From assembly GCA_001179505.1 (NCBI GenBank), contig CDMY01000331.1, positions 54,036-118,035 of the forward strand: a stretch of 64,000 nucleotides of DNA. Direction: 5' to 3'. A program made the position numbers and the translations under genes. Under the pieces are notes generated by a model. That model had not been told where the DNA came from, did no database searches, and was given only the letters and a program-made list of their open reading frames with translations. This stretch comes from Vitrella brassicaformis CCMP3155 (Eukaryota; Protista; Chromerida). Below are positions 9,091 to 21,837 of the stretch, in pieces; the stretch's first letter is position 1, and each line of letters begins with the position of its first letter.

Positions 9091-12000
9091 TACGTGTACA
9101 CCAGGTACAGATGTGTCTCTGTGCACATTGCTAGTTTCCCTCACTCACGTATATGTATCGTGTGTGGGGGACGATTGGAATGGCCCTAGAAGGCAAAGAG
9201 GCATACACACGCATGCCTGTCTGGTATGGATGGATGGATACATGGCTTTGTGCTCACACAGTGTGTCTCTTGATCTGCGCTGATGCTACGACGAATGTAC
9301 CATCCATACCCCGATATAGGCCCAGATCAAGCATCGAGCGGCGCCTGCACACAGACCCACATACACCCATACACAGAGAAGCACACCTGGCTGTCTCTCT
9401 TTGTGTCTGTGTGGATATGTGGACCTCTTTTCTCTGTGTGTGGGCGGCGCGGGGGTGCTGTCGATCGTTTGCAGCACGGTCTTCAGGGATAGCCGGGTGT
9501 GGGCATACTGAACTCATGTATGCATATCCACATGCGTCCACACACATGGGGGGACAGACTGTGTGTGTGTACCTGCTCTCGATGTATGAGCATCCGGTCG
9601 ATCTTCTCCAGAGAGGAGGCGACATTGGCCTGCACACACGCATTCACATAGACACACACCTGCACCTCTCTCCCACTCACACGCATTCTCACCTCTTTCA
9701 GCCCGTCAGTGTACACATGAGACAGAACCGCCACACCTAAAGACACACACACGCCCCCATTCAAGCCGACAACAACACACATGTGCTCGCTGACCGTTCT
9801 CCAGCACGTCAGTGTGTGCACAGTGGGCCGCCATGCAATCGACGATCGACCGAATGCACACAGGGGTGGAGAGGTGCGCCTTCCAGACGTGTGCGATCTT
9901 GTGTAAGATGTACAAGGCGTGTCGCACACACGGCAGGTGGGCCACGTGGGCTTGCATGGTCTCGACCACCTCGTGGATGACTCCATCAAGCATCTGCAGA
10001 CAGCACACGAGTGCTACGCACACACGATTTCCGACCTCTTACCATCTTTGCCGTGTGTTCGGGCAGGCGTGCGTCTATCTCTGAGAGCGCAATCGCCTGT
10101 ATACGCACACACAGTGTCGATGCGTCATGTGCATATATCGAGGAGCACACCGACCAGGAGGTGAGGTCTGTGTTGGTTGATCTGCAGGATCTTGACCAGA
10201 GGAATAAACGACGGACTCTGACGCGACACGCCATCGACACCACATACTGCATGTCGGACATCGATCAAAATGCATTCGTATGTGAGTGGGCACCTTTCTC
10301 AGCGTGTCAGAGAGAATTCGCCTGCATAGTTATGAGCATTCGTTGGTGTGTGATATATATGGCTGTGTCTCAGTGTGTACCTGAATGCGCGTTGCTCTTG
10401 CCTCGTGAACTCTGCACACACATACATATACGCAAGTTTACTTTGCGTATGAATACGTGTTGCACTCACTTTGTAAGGCCGCCAGCGATACACTTGCGCT
10501 GTCCCTTATTGTGCTGGCCGATGATGGATGAACAAACAGAAATGGATAGAATGATGGACGCGTATTGCCTGTCCATCGGTTCTTGCCTGTCGGTGGTTCG
10601 GATATCATGCAGCCTCTCAATCGCACCACACTGCACACAAATTTGCAGATGGATGGATGCATAGGTGGGTGTACATAGAGGGAGAAAGAGAGGATATGTG
10701 TATGTATGCCCACCCTGATGAGCTCGGTCATGTGTTTGCTGGTGCGTGTGATGAACGACAGCAGAGACAGCGCCTGTGGACACAGAAAGATACATGCACA
10801 CGTTTGTGTACGTGTTTGTTTTGCGCGTGAAAGCACACCTTCAGCAATACGCCTTTCTCGGCATATCTGAGTGCATTCACGACCGCACGAATGTGAGAGG
10901 CAGTCACCTGCCCTCAGATACACACACGCATATGGACGCGAAAGACAGTCGATGAACGCGCACAGACGTACATTGCCATCATCGGCGAAAGACTTCTCCA
11001 CGACTGTCAGCGTGTGGAATGGGGCGGCCTCCATACAATCCACACACGTGTCCAACACGCATCGCTGATCCATACTGGCGTCAGTAGAGGCGAGAATTGC
11101 CTTTTTGTGAACGCACAGAGAGACACAAAACCCCATAAATGTGGGCAAATATTGATGGCGTGTACCAGTATGAATTTCCTCTCGTCTCTGTCCTGGTTTT
11201 CCCTCAGCAGCCGGTTGATGGAGGTGTAGTCCTGTTTGCTAATCAAATGTGACACCACCTACCATACACACACAGATGGAAAGATGAGTGTGCTTCTACG
11301 TGCTGTTTCAATCCGTGTCTACCTCTCTTGTATTGTCCTGTTCATATTGCTGGTGCTCCCTGATGCAGTGCACAATCGCGTCGCACTTCTCTCTCATACA
11401 CAGCACGCCGTCAATGCGATCGATCGCACCACACTGGAAAAGACAGAGACGGACATCGTGATGTTCTGTGTACCCATCCATGTGTAGTTTTCTGCCTGCC
11501 TTCCGGATGATCCGTGCGATTCGCGAGTCGTCTTTGCACATCATGTGTAGGACATTCAGTAGTCGAGACAGCACGGGGAGATCAGCCCTGCAGAGCACAC
11601 ACATCGACAACGTGTGTGTGTGTGTGTGGTTGGGGGTCCGGAGGGACCATGCGTACGCGTGTGTCTCCATCGCATTCAGCAATGTCATGACTACTGGCGT
11701 GGCGGAAACAGTGTCCTGCATCCATGTACAGACAAAGTGGTATGCATAGACATGTCTCTGCAGCAGAAACACGCACCCTGTATGTGGGCATCAGTCTCTC
11801 CAGCAGCCTGCACCCACCAGACAAATCGGCACATGAGTGAGCTCTAATGCATACGTAGATGCACTCACCTGAATGTGTTCTCCACAACGGCTCTGTTGTC
11901 CATATGGAGGCCACCCTGTGGACATCCACACACCATCTTATGTGCACTGCACAACCATCGTGCGCATCATGCGCTGACCTGTGAGACAATGCCGTATCTA

Positions 12001-12217
12001 TCGTTGCAAGCGGCCAGCTGGCCGATGATGTATGCCTGCACACACAAACATGCAAGAACAGGTGTATACGCGTTTCTCGCTCCGTCTGTGCCTCTGCCTG
12101 GTCGTTTCGTTCGTCATCAATCATGGAGGCAATGTGGGCGAAGTCATACAGACGGATGCACTCAGATACCTGCCAAAGGCGTATACACATCGAATCCCAC
12201 ATTGCAAGCCTCTTCAT
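9090..12217 (-). CDS. Multi-exon helical-repeat (ARM-like) protein (boundaries approximate)
   Basis: Small exons between CA-repeat introns: DLPVLSRLLNVLHMMCKDDSRIARIIRKAG, CGAIDRIDGVL, ALSLLSFITRTSKHMTELIRV, CGAIERLHDI, VVETMQAHVAHLPCVRHALYILHKI. The recurring GAIxRL pattern resembles ARM repeats. Confidence 0.5.
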
Positions 12218-12719
12218 GCCTTATCCTCCTCAGTTATCACCTCATCCCCTGCGATGGACACACATACACATTGGATTTTGATTCCGCCCTGGAGTCCGTG
12301 TGCACTTCCTTACCTTCTCTCTGCTGCGCATCCTCTATCATATCCACATCTACCACTCTGCACTCGCACATCAGCACACCCTCGTCACCACCTCCACCAG
12401 CCATTTTGCCGCCAGGTCTCAATCCCTTACCCAAGCGACCAGACGGGGGCTGATGGACGAACAGAAGGCACTGCGAAGTCGCCCTCTTATCTTCGGCTTG
12501 CAATGGGGCTACGTCCTGGAATGTGCACTACGACCTGTGCCTGTGTTTTCGCCGTGGTTTTCCTCTGGTAGCGTCAGGCGAGAATTCTCGCCGCGACGAG
12601 ACGGCGCGGCCGCGGAATGAAATTGCGTTCCTGTCCTGAGTGAAATTCCACGTTCCTGCCCTCCATTCCTCGTTCTTGCCCTCGCCCTCCTCCCATTCGT
12701 TTCTATGGACTGCTCGTGT

Positions 12720-15700
12720 GGGTCAGCAGCTGGTAGTCTTGTGATATCAACAATCTGTACAACTTCTTGTCGACCGGTGCAAGCGGCTGGTCGTCTTGTG
12801 CTTCTCGCCCAACCTCAAGCTGTTGACCAGCCTGCTGAAGCCTTTGTGTGACGTGGACTGCAAGGCAGGCCTCGGCGACGAGCAACTCAGCAGCTTCCTG
12901 CATGCCAGCCGCGTCTTTGCGGTAATCTCACGCAGCTGTTTCGCTGGAGTCGAGGAAGCACCTGGACAACAATATCCAGAAGGTCAGCCAAATGCACACA
13001 CACTCAGGTGGTGACCCTTCGAGTCCTGGTTGCTGTCGATTCGGCGTGCAGGAGTCAGAGGAGCTGCATGTGGTGCTGCGCGTGAGGGTGGCGTGCGGCG
13101 GGCAGGGAAGGAGCAGGAGAAGGAGCGTGCCCCCGGCTGTGCGTGTCGTGATCTGGTCAGCCATCAGCGGCGCGCAGAGGAGGCCGAGCGAGTGGGCAGG
13201 GCAGCAGCTGAGCAAAAGCTCAAAGCGGTAAGCCGACGACATACAGCATGCACAGAATGTCCATGCTGTTCTGTCTATTCTCATCAGACTTTGGTGGAGC
13301 TCGGAGCCGCCAAACTACTCGAGGTGCATCCCAAGGCCTACACTGCCTCGTGTGTGTGCTGCATGGCTCATGTGTTTTGTGTTGTGCAGTCGTCTCTGCG
13401 TGCGGGGCTCACCGGTGCAGCCACACGCGAGATGGCCCTGGTGGAGCAGCTGAGGGAGGCCCATCGGCAGCGGAGGGAAGCACAAGAGCAGCTGAGGGAG
13501 GCCCATCGGCAGCGGAGGGAAACACAAGAGCTGCAACAGCAGGCCGTCACTGACCTACAGACAAGAGCGCAGACACACCAGTTGGTGAGCAAGGCAGATC
13601 ACACACGTGTGCAGAGAGAGGAGGGTTTGAATGCTGGTTCTGTGTGTGTTGTGTGTGTGGATGGGTGGTGTGTGTGTTGATGGTCAGTTGAGGGCCCTCC
13701 AGTCGCAGTTGGACCAGGGCGCTGAGCAGCTCGCCCAGGCCGAGCAGACCGTGCAGCAGCTGCAGCAGCAGCGAGACGAGAGAGACGCCGAGCTCTCGGC
13801 AGCCCAGGAGGGGCTCTCGACCGAGGGGCAGGCCATTGCACAGAGAAACAGATCTGTGTGTGTTGTGTGTGTGTGGATCTGTCAGGCTATGGACGACCAG
13901 CGCCGCGAGTCGGGGGAGAAGGCCGGCAAGGACCGGTCCAGGCTGGAACAGCAGATCACAGCACAGGAGGTACGAACCAAACGCACACACACACACAGAT
14001 AGATCAGTGCAGGCAACCCTCTGAAATGAACGAACCCATGTGTCTGCGTGAGTGTGTGCAGCTGGAGTTCAAGAAGAAATCGGAGGCGCTGGAGAGCCAC
14101 AACGCCCACGTGGAGCGGCAGCTCAAGGCCGCCAACCAGAAGCACGACGAAGAGGTCTGCATGAAACCCCCACACTCATACTCACGCCCATTTCTCTCTG
14201 CGTCCGTGTGTGAGCATGCTCTGCAGCTGTCCGCCGATTTCGAGGGCAATGCCTTCTGGCAGCACAAAATACTCGGTGGGCCTACCTGTTCACATGGCTC
14301 ATATGGCTTTTGCCACACACACAGACAGAGAGAGAGAGAGACACGAATCCATCTGTGTGTGTGCGTGCGTGTGCAGGGACGTGTGTGTGTGTGTCAGTTG
14401 ATGGCAGGCAGGGAGGCAAGCAAGCAAGCAATCGCTGTCTACATTTTATATCTCAGTAGGTTCATGTCTCGAGATGCGCGCGGAGAGATGATGTCGCACC
14501 TGGACAAGAACATCCAGAAGGTCAGCCAAATACACACACGCTCAGAGGTGGCCTCCGAATTCTGGTTGCTGTCGATTCGGCGTGCAAGAGTCAGAGGTGC
14601 ACGTGGCGCTGCGCCTCAGGGGCGGCGGGCAGCGGAAAAGGAAGGGGCAGGAGAAAGAGAGCGACACAGCTCCTTGGCCCCCCCTCACCGTAGGTGTCAG
14701 TGGAAGAGAATAGAACCGGTGATGGATTCTGAGCTGTGTTTCTCTTGTACCCACAGCAATCTGCACCGCCGCCGCCAGCCTCTGAAGACCCGTCCGTCAT
14801 CTTGACCAAGTGGGCCTACTACGACCCAGTCTACGAGGTCGAGCTGACGGACGGGCAACTCAAGGAGGCCGCAGAAATATCCCAGTGTGCTATCGAGTAG
14901 GCGTCAGCTCGAATATCTTGGCCGTCTTTGGTCACGGTTGTGGGCTGCTTTCAGGAGGGACAAAGACGAGGGCTGGCTGAAGATTACGGGCACGGAAGCC
15001 CAGAGGGGCACCGCGAGAATTGTTCTCGACGAGGCGGTGAGCTACACGCAAATTGGCTGATGCCATTTGTAGCTTGTGGTCCTTTTGAGCGCTTTTAGGA
15101 AGCACGAGGATTAGAGGCCAGCAGCAGCAGCAGCAGCCAAGTGAGATTGAGATAGAAGCGGCAGCGCTCATGCACTCATCGGCCGGCCGTCCGGCTGTGT
15201 GTGTTGTGATCTGGTCAGCCATCAGCGGCGCGCAGAGGAGGCCGAGCGAGTGGCCAAGGCAGCAGCTGAGCAAAAGCTCAAAGCGGTAAGCCGACGACAT
15301 ACAGCATGCACACAACGTCCATGCTGTTCTGTGTATTCTCATCAGACTTTGGTGGAGCTCGAAGCCGCCAAAGTACTCGAGGTGCATCCCAAGGCCTACA
15401 CTGCCTCGTGTGTGTGCTGCATGGCTCATGTCTTTTGTGTTGTGCAGTCGTCTCTGCGTGCGGGGCTCACCAGTGCAGCCACACGCGACAGGGCCCTGGA
15501 GGAGCAGCTGAGGGAGGCCCATCGGCAGTCGGAGGGCAAGGTGCGCCTCCGCGTGTGTATATGTGGGTGTGTGGGTGTGGATGGGTGGTGTGTGTGTTGA
15601 TGGTCAGTTGAGGGCCCTCCAGTCGCAGTTGGACCAGGGCACTGAGCAGAGCCGGGCTGCCGAAATGGAGACGCTGCGGAAAGAACTTGCCAGGCATGCA

Positions 15701-18700
15701 GGCCGACCATCCCCACCGAAATGAATGCCACTACATATATCTTTTCTCTCTCTCTCTCTGTGTTTGTGTGTGTGCCGCGTGCAGACCATGGTGGACGTTT
15801 TTTTGTTGCTGTTGCGGTCCCCGCCCTGGCCACCACTGATTGTGTGCGTCCGTCCGTCCCTTTTGTGTTTATGTGCGTGTGTGCAGCCTGCAGCCAGCCC
15901 TTTCTATGCCCCCCTCCCCTCCCCTCTCCCCCCGTCCCCTTTGTCTGTGTTGCCTAGCTGTCTCTCTACTGTTCGACTCTTGGCTGTCTGTCGCTCTGTG
16001 TGTGTGTGTGTGTGTGCAACGCCCTCGCTCCGTGCAGTGAGAGGGATGCGTACATATCAGAGGTCCAGAGTGAGCGCGACGCCCTCACCAAGCAGTGCCA
16101 GGCCCTGCAGGAAGTTCGGGTAAGTCAATAGGACACCCACCGTTTCCTTTCTCTTTCTCTGCACGGAATGTGTGTGTGTGCAGGAAGAGCAGGAGGGCGA
16201 ATTGGGGAGACTGCAGAGCGAGAAGAATCTACTAATAGGTCACACTCGCGCTCAGACGTGATTCACACACACACACACGTCTCTCCCTCCCCCCTATCCA
16301 CTCATCGTCCAACCAGGCCGACCAGCACACTGACCTGCAGCACACATGTGGACGTCAAGAGGCCGACATCGAGGCGCTCAAAAGGTGAGCACTTGGCAAG
16401 AGCACCATTCACCCCACCCATCCCTGTGTGTATGTGTTCGTGTGCAGCGAGTTGGCGGAGACGCGAACGGTCAAGCAGGAGATGCACACGGAGCTCACCG
16501 CAGCGAAGGAGGACCTGCAGAGCGAGAGGAGCGCGCTGGCGGTGCTGCAGCGGGCCCACGACGACCTCAAGGCCCAGACAGAGACACTCGAGGACACACT
16601 CAGATCCACACAGAAGTATGACTGACACATAGTGACCGAGGCTTTGCAGCTCTCTGGTTTGTGTGTGTGCCGCGTGCAGACCATGGTGGGCGTTTTTTTG
16701 TTGCTGTTGCGGTCCCCGCCCTGGCCACCACAACAGCAAGTGACTGACTGACTGACTGACTGCTGCCTGACTGCTGCCTGACTGCTGCGGGACCGCATCG
16801 CTGCAAGCCGACCTCCAGCAACTGAGAGAGGAGCTCGCCCACACAAAGAGCAACAGGGACGCCCTGCAGCAGCAGGCAGGCTCACAGCCCCCACTGCCAC
16901 CACCCACCCACCCACCCACACACACACAGAGAGAGAGAGGGGAAGTGGCTCTATGTGTGTGTCGAGTACAGGTGAGAGCGGTTGAGTCATCCTGAACAGA
17001 GAGGGAGGCGGCTCTCACTGAAGCGCAGCGACTGCTGACAGCCGAGCAGGCCGCCAAAGAAGCTGCACAGAGGTAACCTCCCCCGACAACACTGACACAC
17101 ACACAGGTGCACCCCTCTCTCCTTATGTGTGTCACAAGCAGACCATGGTGGGCGTTTTTTTGTTGCTGTTGCGGTCCCCGCCCTGGCCACCACTGACTGA
17201 CTGACTGCCTGACTGCTGCCTGACTGCTGGGGGTGGGTGAGAACAACAACAGATTTTTGCATGACCAGCTGATGCGTGTGTGCATGCTTGAGTGTACACA
17301 GCAGACCACACAGGTTCTTCTCTGTCAACAATGCGTGTGTGTGGGTGTGCAGACGAGGGACCCCTTTCAAGACCCACATGGCGGCCTTTGTTGAGAAGGA
17401 CAGATGGGCAGAGATGGGGCATCATGGGCGAAATGGGCAGTGGCAGTGATGCAATCGCTGTCTATATTTTATATCTCGGTCAGTCCGTGTCTCCGACTTA
17501 ACACGCACGCCTCTTTCATGGCCGCTTCATGGCCTTGGAAACCACCGAAAAAGTCGTAAGTCAGCACTGAGAGAGCAAGAAAGAGAAGTGGTTGGATGGA
17601 TGGGCTGTGCGTCCAGCCCATCCATCCGCCCTCACAAGTTGATCAAGAAGATGGAGCAGCCCAACAAGCTGGTCGTAGCAAAACTGTCTGCCAGCGACCA
17701 CCTGCGCCGCCTGAAGGGCAGCATCGAGAACATCGCGTAGGCATGTCTCCACAAAGGCCGCGTCGTATTCGCTCACCTGTCGTGTGTCTGTCTGTTGCAG
17801 TGAGGAGCTGAATCCAGCTTTGGAGCCCGTGCTGCTCAAACAGACCTTCAAGAGGGACTACACGACCACGCCATCTGCCCCCAAAAGACCGTATGACGAA
17901 GTCAAGGTAGGCAATGTGCCATGGACCGATCTTCAGAAGGAACGTTCAGTCCGCCGCGCTCTGTGTGTGCATCGAGCAGGGTCAAGAGACGGCCGAGCTG
18001 ATGAAGGTGGTGGCTGCCGAGACGGAGAAGGCCGGGACCCTCTCTCAGGCCCTGCAGCAGCAGGAGACAGAGCTCACGCGTCGTGTGGAGGAGCAGCACC
18101 GCGATACACAGCAAAAGGTGACCACAACAGGGGGAAGCTACTGTCTCTATCACTAGCACATCCCCTCTCTTCCCCTCGCTGCCTCCCAGCCCAGGCCGAG
18201 ACGGACCAGGGGACGATCGAGCAGCTGCGGGCGGAGCATTCCTCCCTCAGAGACGAAGTCGCCAGGTGAGATTGAGATAGAAGCGGCAGCGCTCATGCAC
18301 TCATCGGCCGGCCGTCCGGCTGTGTGTGTTGTGGTCTGGTCAGCCATCAGCGGCGCGCAGAGGAGGCCGAGCGAGTGGCCAAGGCAGCAGCTGAGCAAAA
18401 GCTCAAAGCGGTAAGCCGACGACATACAGCATCCACACAACGTCCATGCTGTTCTGTGTATTCTCATCAGACTTTGGTGGAGCTCGAAGCCGTCAAACTA
18501 CTCGAGGTGCATCCCCAGGCCTACACTGCCTCGTGTGTGTGCTGCATGGCTCATGTGTTTTGTGTTGTGCAGTCGTCTCTGCGTGCGCAGATCACCGGTG
18601 CAGCCACACGGGAGAGTGCCCTGGAGGAGCAGCTGAGGGAGGCCCATCGGCAGCGGAGGGAAGCACAAGAGCAGCTGAGGGAGGCCCATCGGCAGTCGGA

Positions 18701-21700
18701 GGGCAAGGTGCGCCTCTGCGTGTGTGTGTGTGGGTGTGTGTGGATGGGTGGTGTGTGTGTTGATGGTCAGTTGAGGGCCCTCCAGTCGCAGTTGGACCAG
18801 GGCGCTGAGCAGCTCGCCCAGGCCGAGCAGACCGTGCAGCAGCTGCAGCAGCAGCGAGACGAGAGAGACGCCGAGCTCTCGGCAGCCCAGGAGGGGCTCT
18901 CGACCGAGGGGCAGGCCATTGCACAGAGAAACAGATCTGTGTGTGTTGTGTGTGCGTGGATCTGTCAGGATATGGACGACCAGCGCCGCGAGTCGAAGGA
19001 GAAGGCCGACAAGGACCGGTCCTGGCTGGAACAGCAGATCAATGAACTGGAGGTACGAAGGTACTACGAACCAAACGCACACACACACACAGATAGATCA
19101 GTGCAGGCAACCCTCTGAAATGAACCAACCCATGTGTCTGCCTGAGTGTGTGCAGCTGGAGTTCAAGAAGACATTGGAGGCGCTGCAGAGCCACAACGCC
19201 CACCTGGAGCGGCAGCTCAAGGCCGCCAACCAGAAGCACGACGAAGCTTCCACACTCATACTTTCGCCCATTTCTCTCTGCGTCCGTGTGTGAGCATGCT
19301 CTGCAGCTGTCCGCCGATTTCGAGGGCAATGCCTTCTGGCAGCACAAAATACTCGGTAGGCCTACCTGTTCACATGGCTCACATGGCTTTTGCCACACAC
19401 ACAGACAGAGAGAGAGACACGAATCCATCTGTGTGTGTGCGTGCGTGTGCAGGGACGTGTGTGTGTGTGTCAGTTGATGGCAGGCAGGGAGGCAAGCAAG
19501 CAAGCAATCGCTGTCTACATTTTATATCGTGTGGTCGCTTCATGTCTCGAGATGCGCGCGGAGAGATGATGTCGCACCTGGACAAGAACATCCAGAAGGT
19601 CAGCCAAATGCACACACACTCAGGAGGTGGCCCTCTGAATTCTGGTTGCTGTCGATTCGGCGTGCAGGAGTCAGAGGTGCACGTGGCGCTGCGCCTCAGG
19701 GGTGGCGTGCGGCGGGCAGGGAAGGGGCGGGAGAAGGAGAGCGACACAGCTCCTTGGCCCCTCCTCACCGTAGGTGCAAGGGGAAGAGAATAGAACCTCT
19801 GATGGATTCTGAGCTGCGTTTCTCGTGCACCCACAGCATTCTACACCGCGGCCGCCAGCCTCTGAGAACCCGTCCGCCATCTTGACCAAGTGGGCCTACT
19901 ACGACCCAGTCTACGAGGTCGAGATGATGGACGGCCAACTCCAAAAGGCCGCACAACTATCGGGGTGCACCGTCAAGTAGGCGTCAGCTCGAACATCTCG
20001 GCGGTCCTTGGTCACGGTTGTGGGTTGCTTTCAGGAGGGACGGAGCCCCAGGCTGGCTGAAGATCACGGGGACGAAAGCCCAGAGGGGCACCGCGAGGAT
20101 CGTTCTCGACGAGGCGGTGAACTAGACGCAAATTGGCTGATGCCCTTTGTAGCTTCTGGTCCTTTTGTCACAGAAGGACCGCCACCACCAGCAGCAGCAG
20201 CAGAAGCGGCAGCCCCTCTGAAGCCCCTCACCTCCAGCAAGCGCGACACCATCTCCCCGCCCCTGAGGGCAGGTCACAACGTCGCCGCCCAGTGCCCGGA
20301 GTGCGCGGCCAACAAGGAGGCTCTCTACAAGAAGCGAGAGAAGATGGGCAAGTGAGCAAACAAGACACCCAGACAGACAGACAGACAGATGCTGTCTCGC
20401 AGATATTGGCAGGCATGGTTGATTCCATCTGTCCGGCCTGCCTGTGTTGTGCTCAGGCTGAGGGCCTTCCACACGGTTGTCACATCGCACATGGAGGGTC
20501 AACTGAAAGAGGTATGAAACGGCAAGGGGCAGTCGATCGTGTGTTTGTGCTTGACACCCAAGTACCCACAGCGCACCATTCCGACACCCTACACGATTGT
20601 CGGACTCTTCTGTGTGTGGCAGCTGTCTCGGTGAGAAAGCTGAGCTGCTCCGCAGCGTGCCACACAGATGGAGCGCCGTGTAGGAGAGGACGGTTGCTCA
20701 ATCATGTCATCGTCACGCACACACAGACAACTGGTTCGTGTGTGTCTGTCTGTGGGTCGATAGGTCAACAATTCACACCCAAGGACAGAACGAGTCGCTG
20801 CGCGAGTTGCGAGAGCAGCAGAAACTCATGCATGAGGAACTACACCAACTCGCCGTATGCACCGCACCTCCAAACTGAATGACGTTCAAAGTACCACCGC
20901 TTTCTGGATGCACAGGCTGCCAAGGCCAAGTGCGATGCCGACATGGACGCACAGGATACACTCATCAAAGACCAGGCAAGCGCCCCTCCAAGCACTCAAT
21001 CGACACACAAAAAGAGAGATAGATGTGTGTTGTGTTGTGTTGTGTTGCCCGTCTGTCTCCCTCGTTCAGGCCCGACAGCTGGAGCAGCTCAAGACACAGC
21101 ACGAGAGGTACGCAAGGATTGGATACACAGGCAGACAGAGACGCGCACACACACATATCCGAGGCCCTCTGTGTGTCACAAGCAGACCATGGTGGGCGTT
21201 TTTTTGTTGCTGTTGCGGTCCCCGCCCTGGCCACCACAACAGCAACTGACTGACTGCCTGACTGCTGCCTGACTGCTGCCTGAATGGCTGGCTGTGTGGG
21301 TGAGTGGCTGGGTGGTATGCGTTGGATTGGCTTGGTTGGACTCTTGTCATACATCTTACCTACTTGTCTCTCTCGTCTGTCAGCATTTCGGTCTGTGAAG
21401 CAGCATGGCATAGCATACAAAACAGAAGAGTCGGAGGGCAAGGTGCGCCTCTGCGTGTGTGTGTGTGGGTGTGTGTGGATGGGTGGTGTGTGTGTTGATG
21501 GTCAGTTGAGGGCCCTCCAGTCGCAGTTGGACCAGGGCGCTGAGCAGCTCGCCCAGGCCCACGACGACCTCAAGGCCCAGACGGAGACACTTGAGGACAC
21601 ACTCAGATCCACACAAAACCATGACTGACACAGAGTGACCGAGGCTTTGCAGCTCTCTGGTTTGTGTGTGTGCCGCGTGCAGGAGTCTCGACGACAGTCA
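12720..21700 (+). CDS. Mosaic array of multi-exon coiled-coil genes or gene fragments (several units, some likely pseudogenes)
   Basis: Exons such as HQRRAEEAERVAKAAAEQKLKA, QLRALQSQLDQGAEQLAQAEQTVQQLQQQRDERDAEL and LEFKKKSEALESHNAHVERQLKAANQKHDE recur in duplicated blocks. Confidence 0.65.
12960..13092 (+). pseudogene. Ubiquitin-like C-terminal module, copy 1 (GG lost by a 1-nt deletion)
   Basis: HLDNNIQK|intron 12983-13051|ESEELHVVLRVR, then frameshifted relative to the copy at 19570. Confidence 0.6.
13161..15090 (+). repeat. Segmental duplication block, copy A (approx. equal to 18344-20170; partial copies at 15219-15650 and 21430-21560)
   Basis: High nucleotide similarity across both exons and introns, visible by eye. 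Confidence 0.85.
14490..14626 (+). other. Ubiquitin-like C-terminal module, copy 2 (acceptor altered, cag to caa)
   Basis: HLDKNIQK|intron|(E)SEVHVALRLRGG. Confidence 0.65.
15785..15839 (+). CDS. Terminal exon encoding PWWTFFCCCCGPRPGHH* (putative palmitoylation anchor), copy 1
   Basis: Phase-2 splice from the GC donor at 15694 (..RKELAR|PWW..). Confidence 0.65.
16680..16743 (+). CDS. Terminal exon PWWAFFCCCCGPRPGHHNSK*, copy 2
   Basis: Phase-2 splice from the GT donor at 16616 (..TLRSTQK|PWW..). Confidence 0.7.
17142..17196 (+). CDS. Terminal exon PWWAFFCCCCGPRPGHH*, copy 3
   Basis: Phase-2 splice from the GT donor at 17073 (..AKEAAQR|PWW..). Confidence 0.7.
17451..17506 (+). repeat. Dispersed non-coding repeat GCAATCGCTGTCTACATTTTATATCTC(GGTCAGTCCGTGTCTCCGACTTAACACGC); other copies at 14428-14459, 19504-19528, 22034-22089, 24675-24830 and, reversed, 56050-56213
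   Basis: Six near-identical copies read directly. The two longest (24675-24830 and reversed 56050-56213) share about 150 bp. Confidence 0.8.
18344..20170 (+). repeat. Segmental duplication block, copy B
   Basis: Colinear with 13161-15090, including introns. Confidence 0.85.
19570..19980 (+). CDS. Ubiquitin-like C-terminal module, copy 3 (NIQKESEVHVALRLRGG) with a C-terminal extension exon
   Basis: Intron 19599-19667; LRLRGG ends at 19706. Compare ubiquitin NIQKESTLHLVLRLRGG. The extension continues ..PWPLLT|HSTPRPPASENPSAILTKWAYYDPVYEVEMMDG..*. Confidence 0.7.
21186..21249 (+). CDS. Terminal exon PWWAFFCCCCGPRPGHHNSN*, copy 4
   Basis: Phase-2 splice from the GT donor at 21108 (..LKTQHER|PWW..). 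Confidence 0.7.
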
Positions 21701-21803
21701 AGCCGAGTGTGTCATCCTGGTGGGTGTGCCTTCACCTAGCACATATGTACCCCTGAAGCTCTACAGACACTAGACACATATGGTCTGTGTCGCCCTCCTT
21801 CTC

Positions 21804-21837
<34 letters not shown>

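Noticed and set aside
16680-16730. tRNA-like 3' end (..CCCCGCCCTGGCCACCA) and weak hairpin in the four-copy repeat
   Set aside because: No T-loop or D-arm and no cloverleaf; consistent splice phase shows it is better explained as a coding terminal exon.
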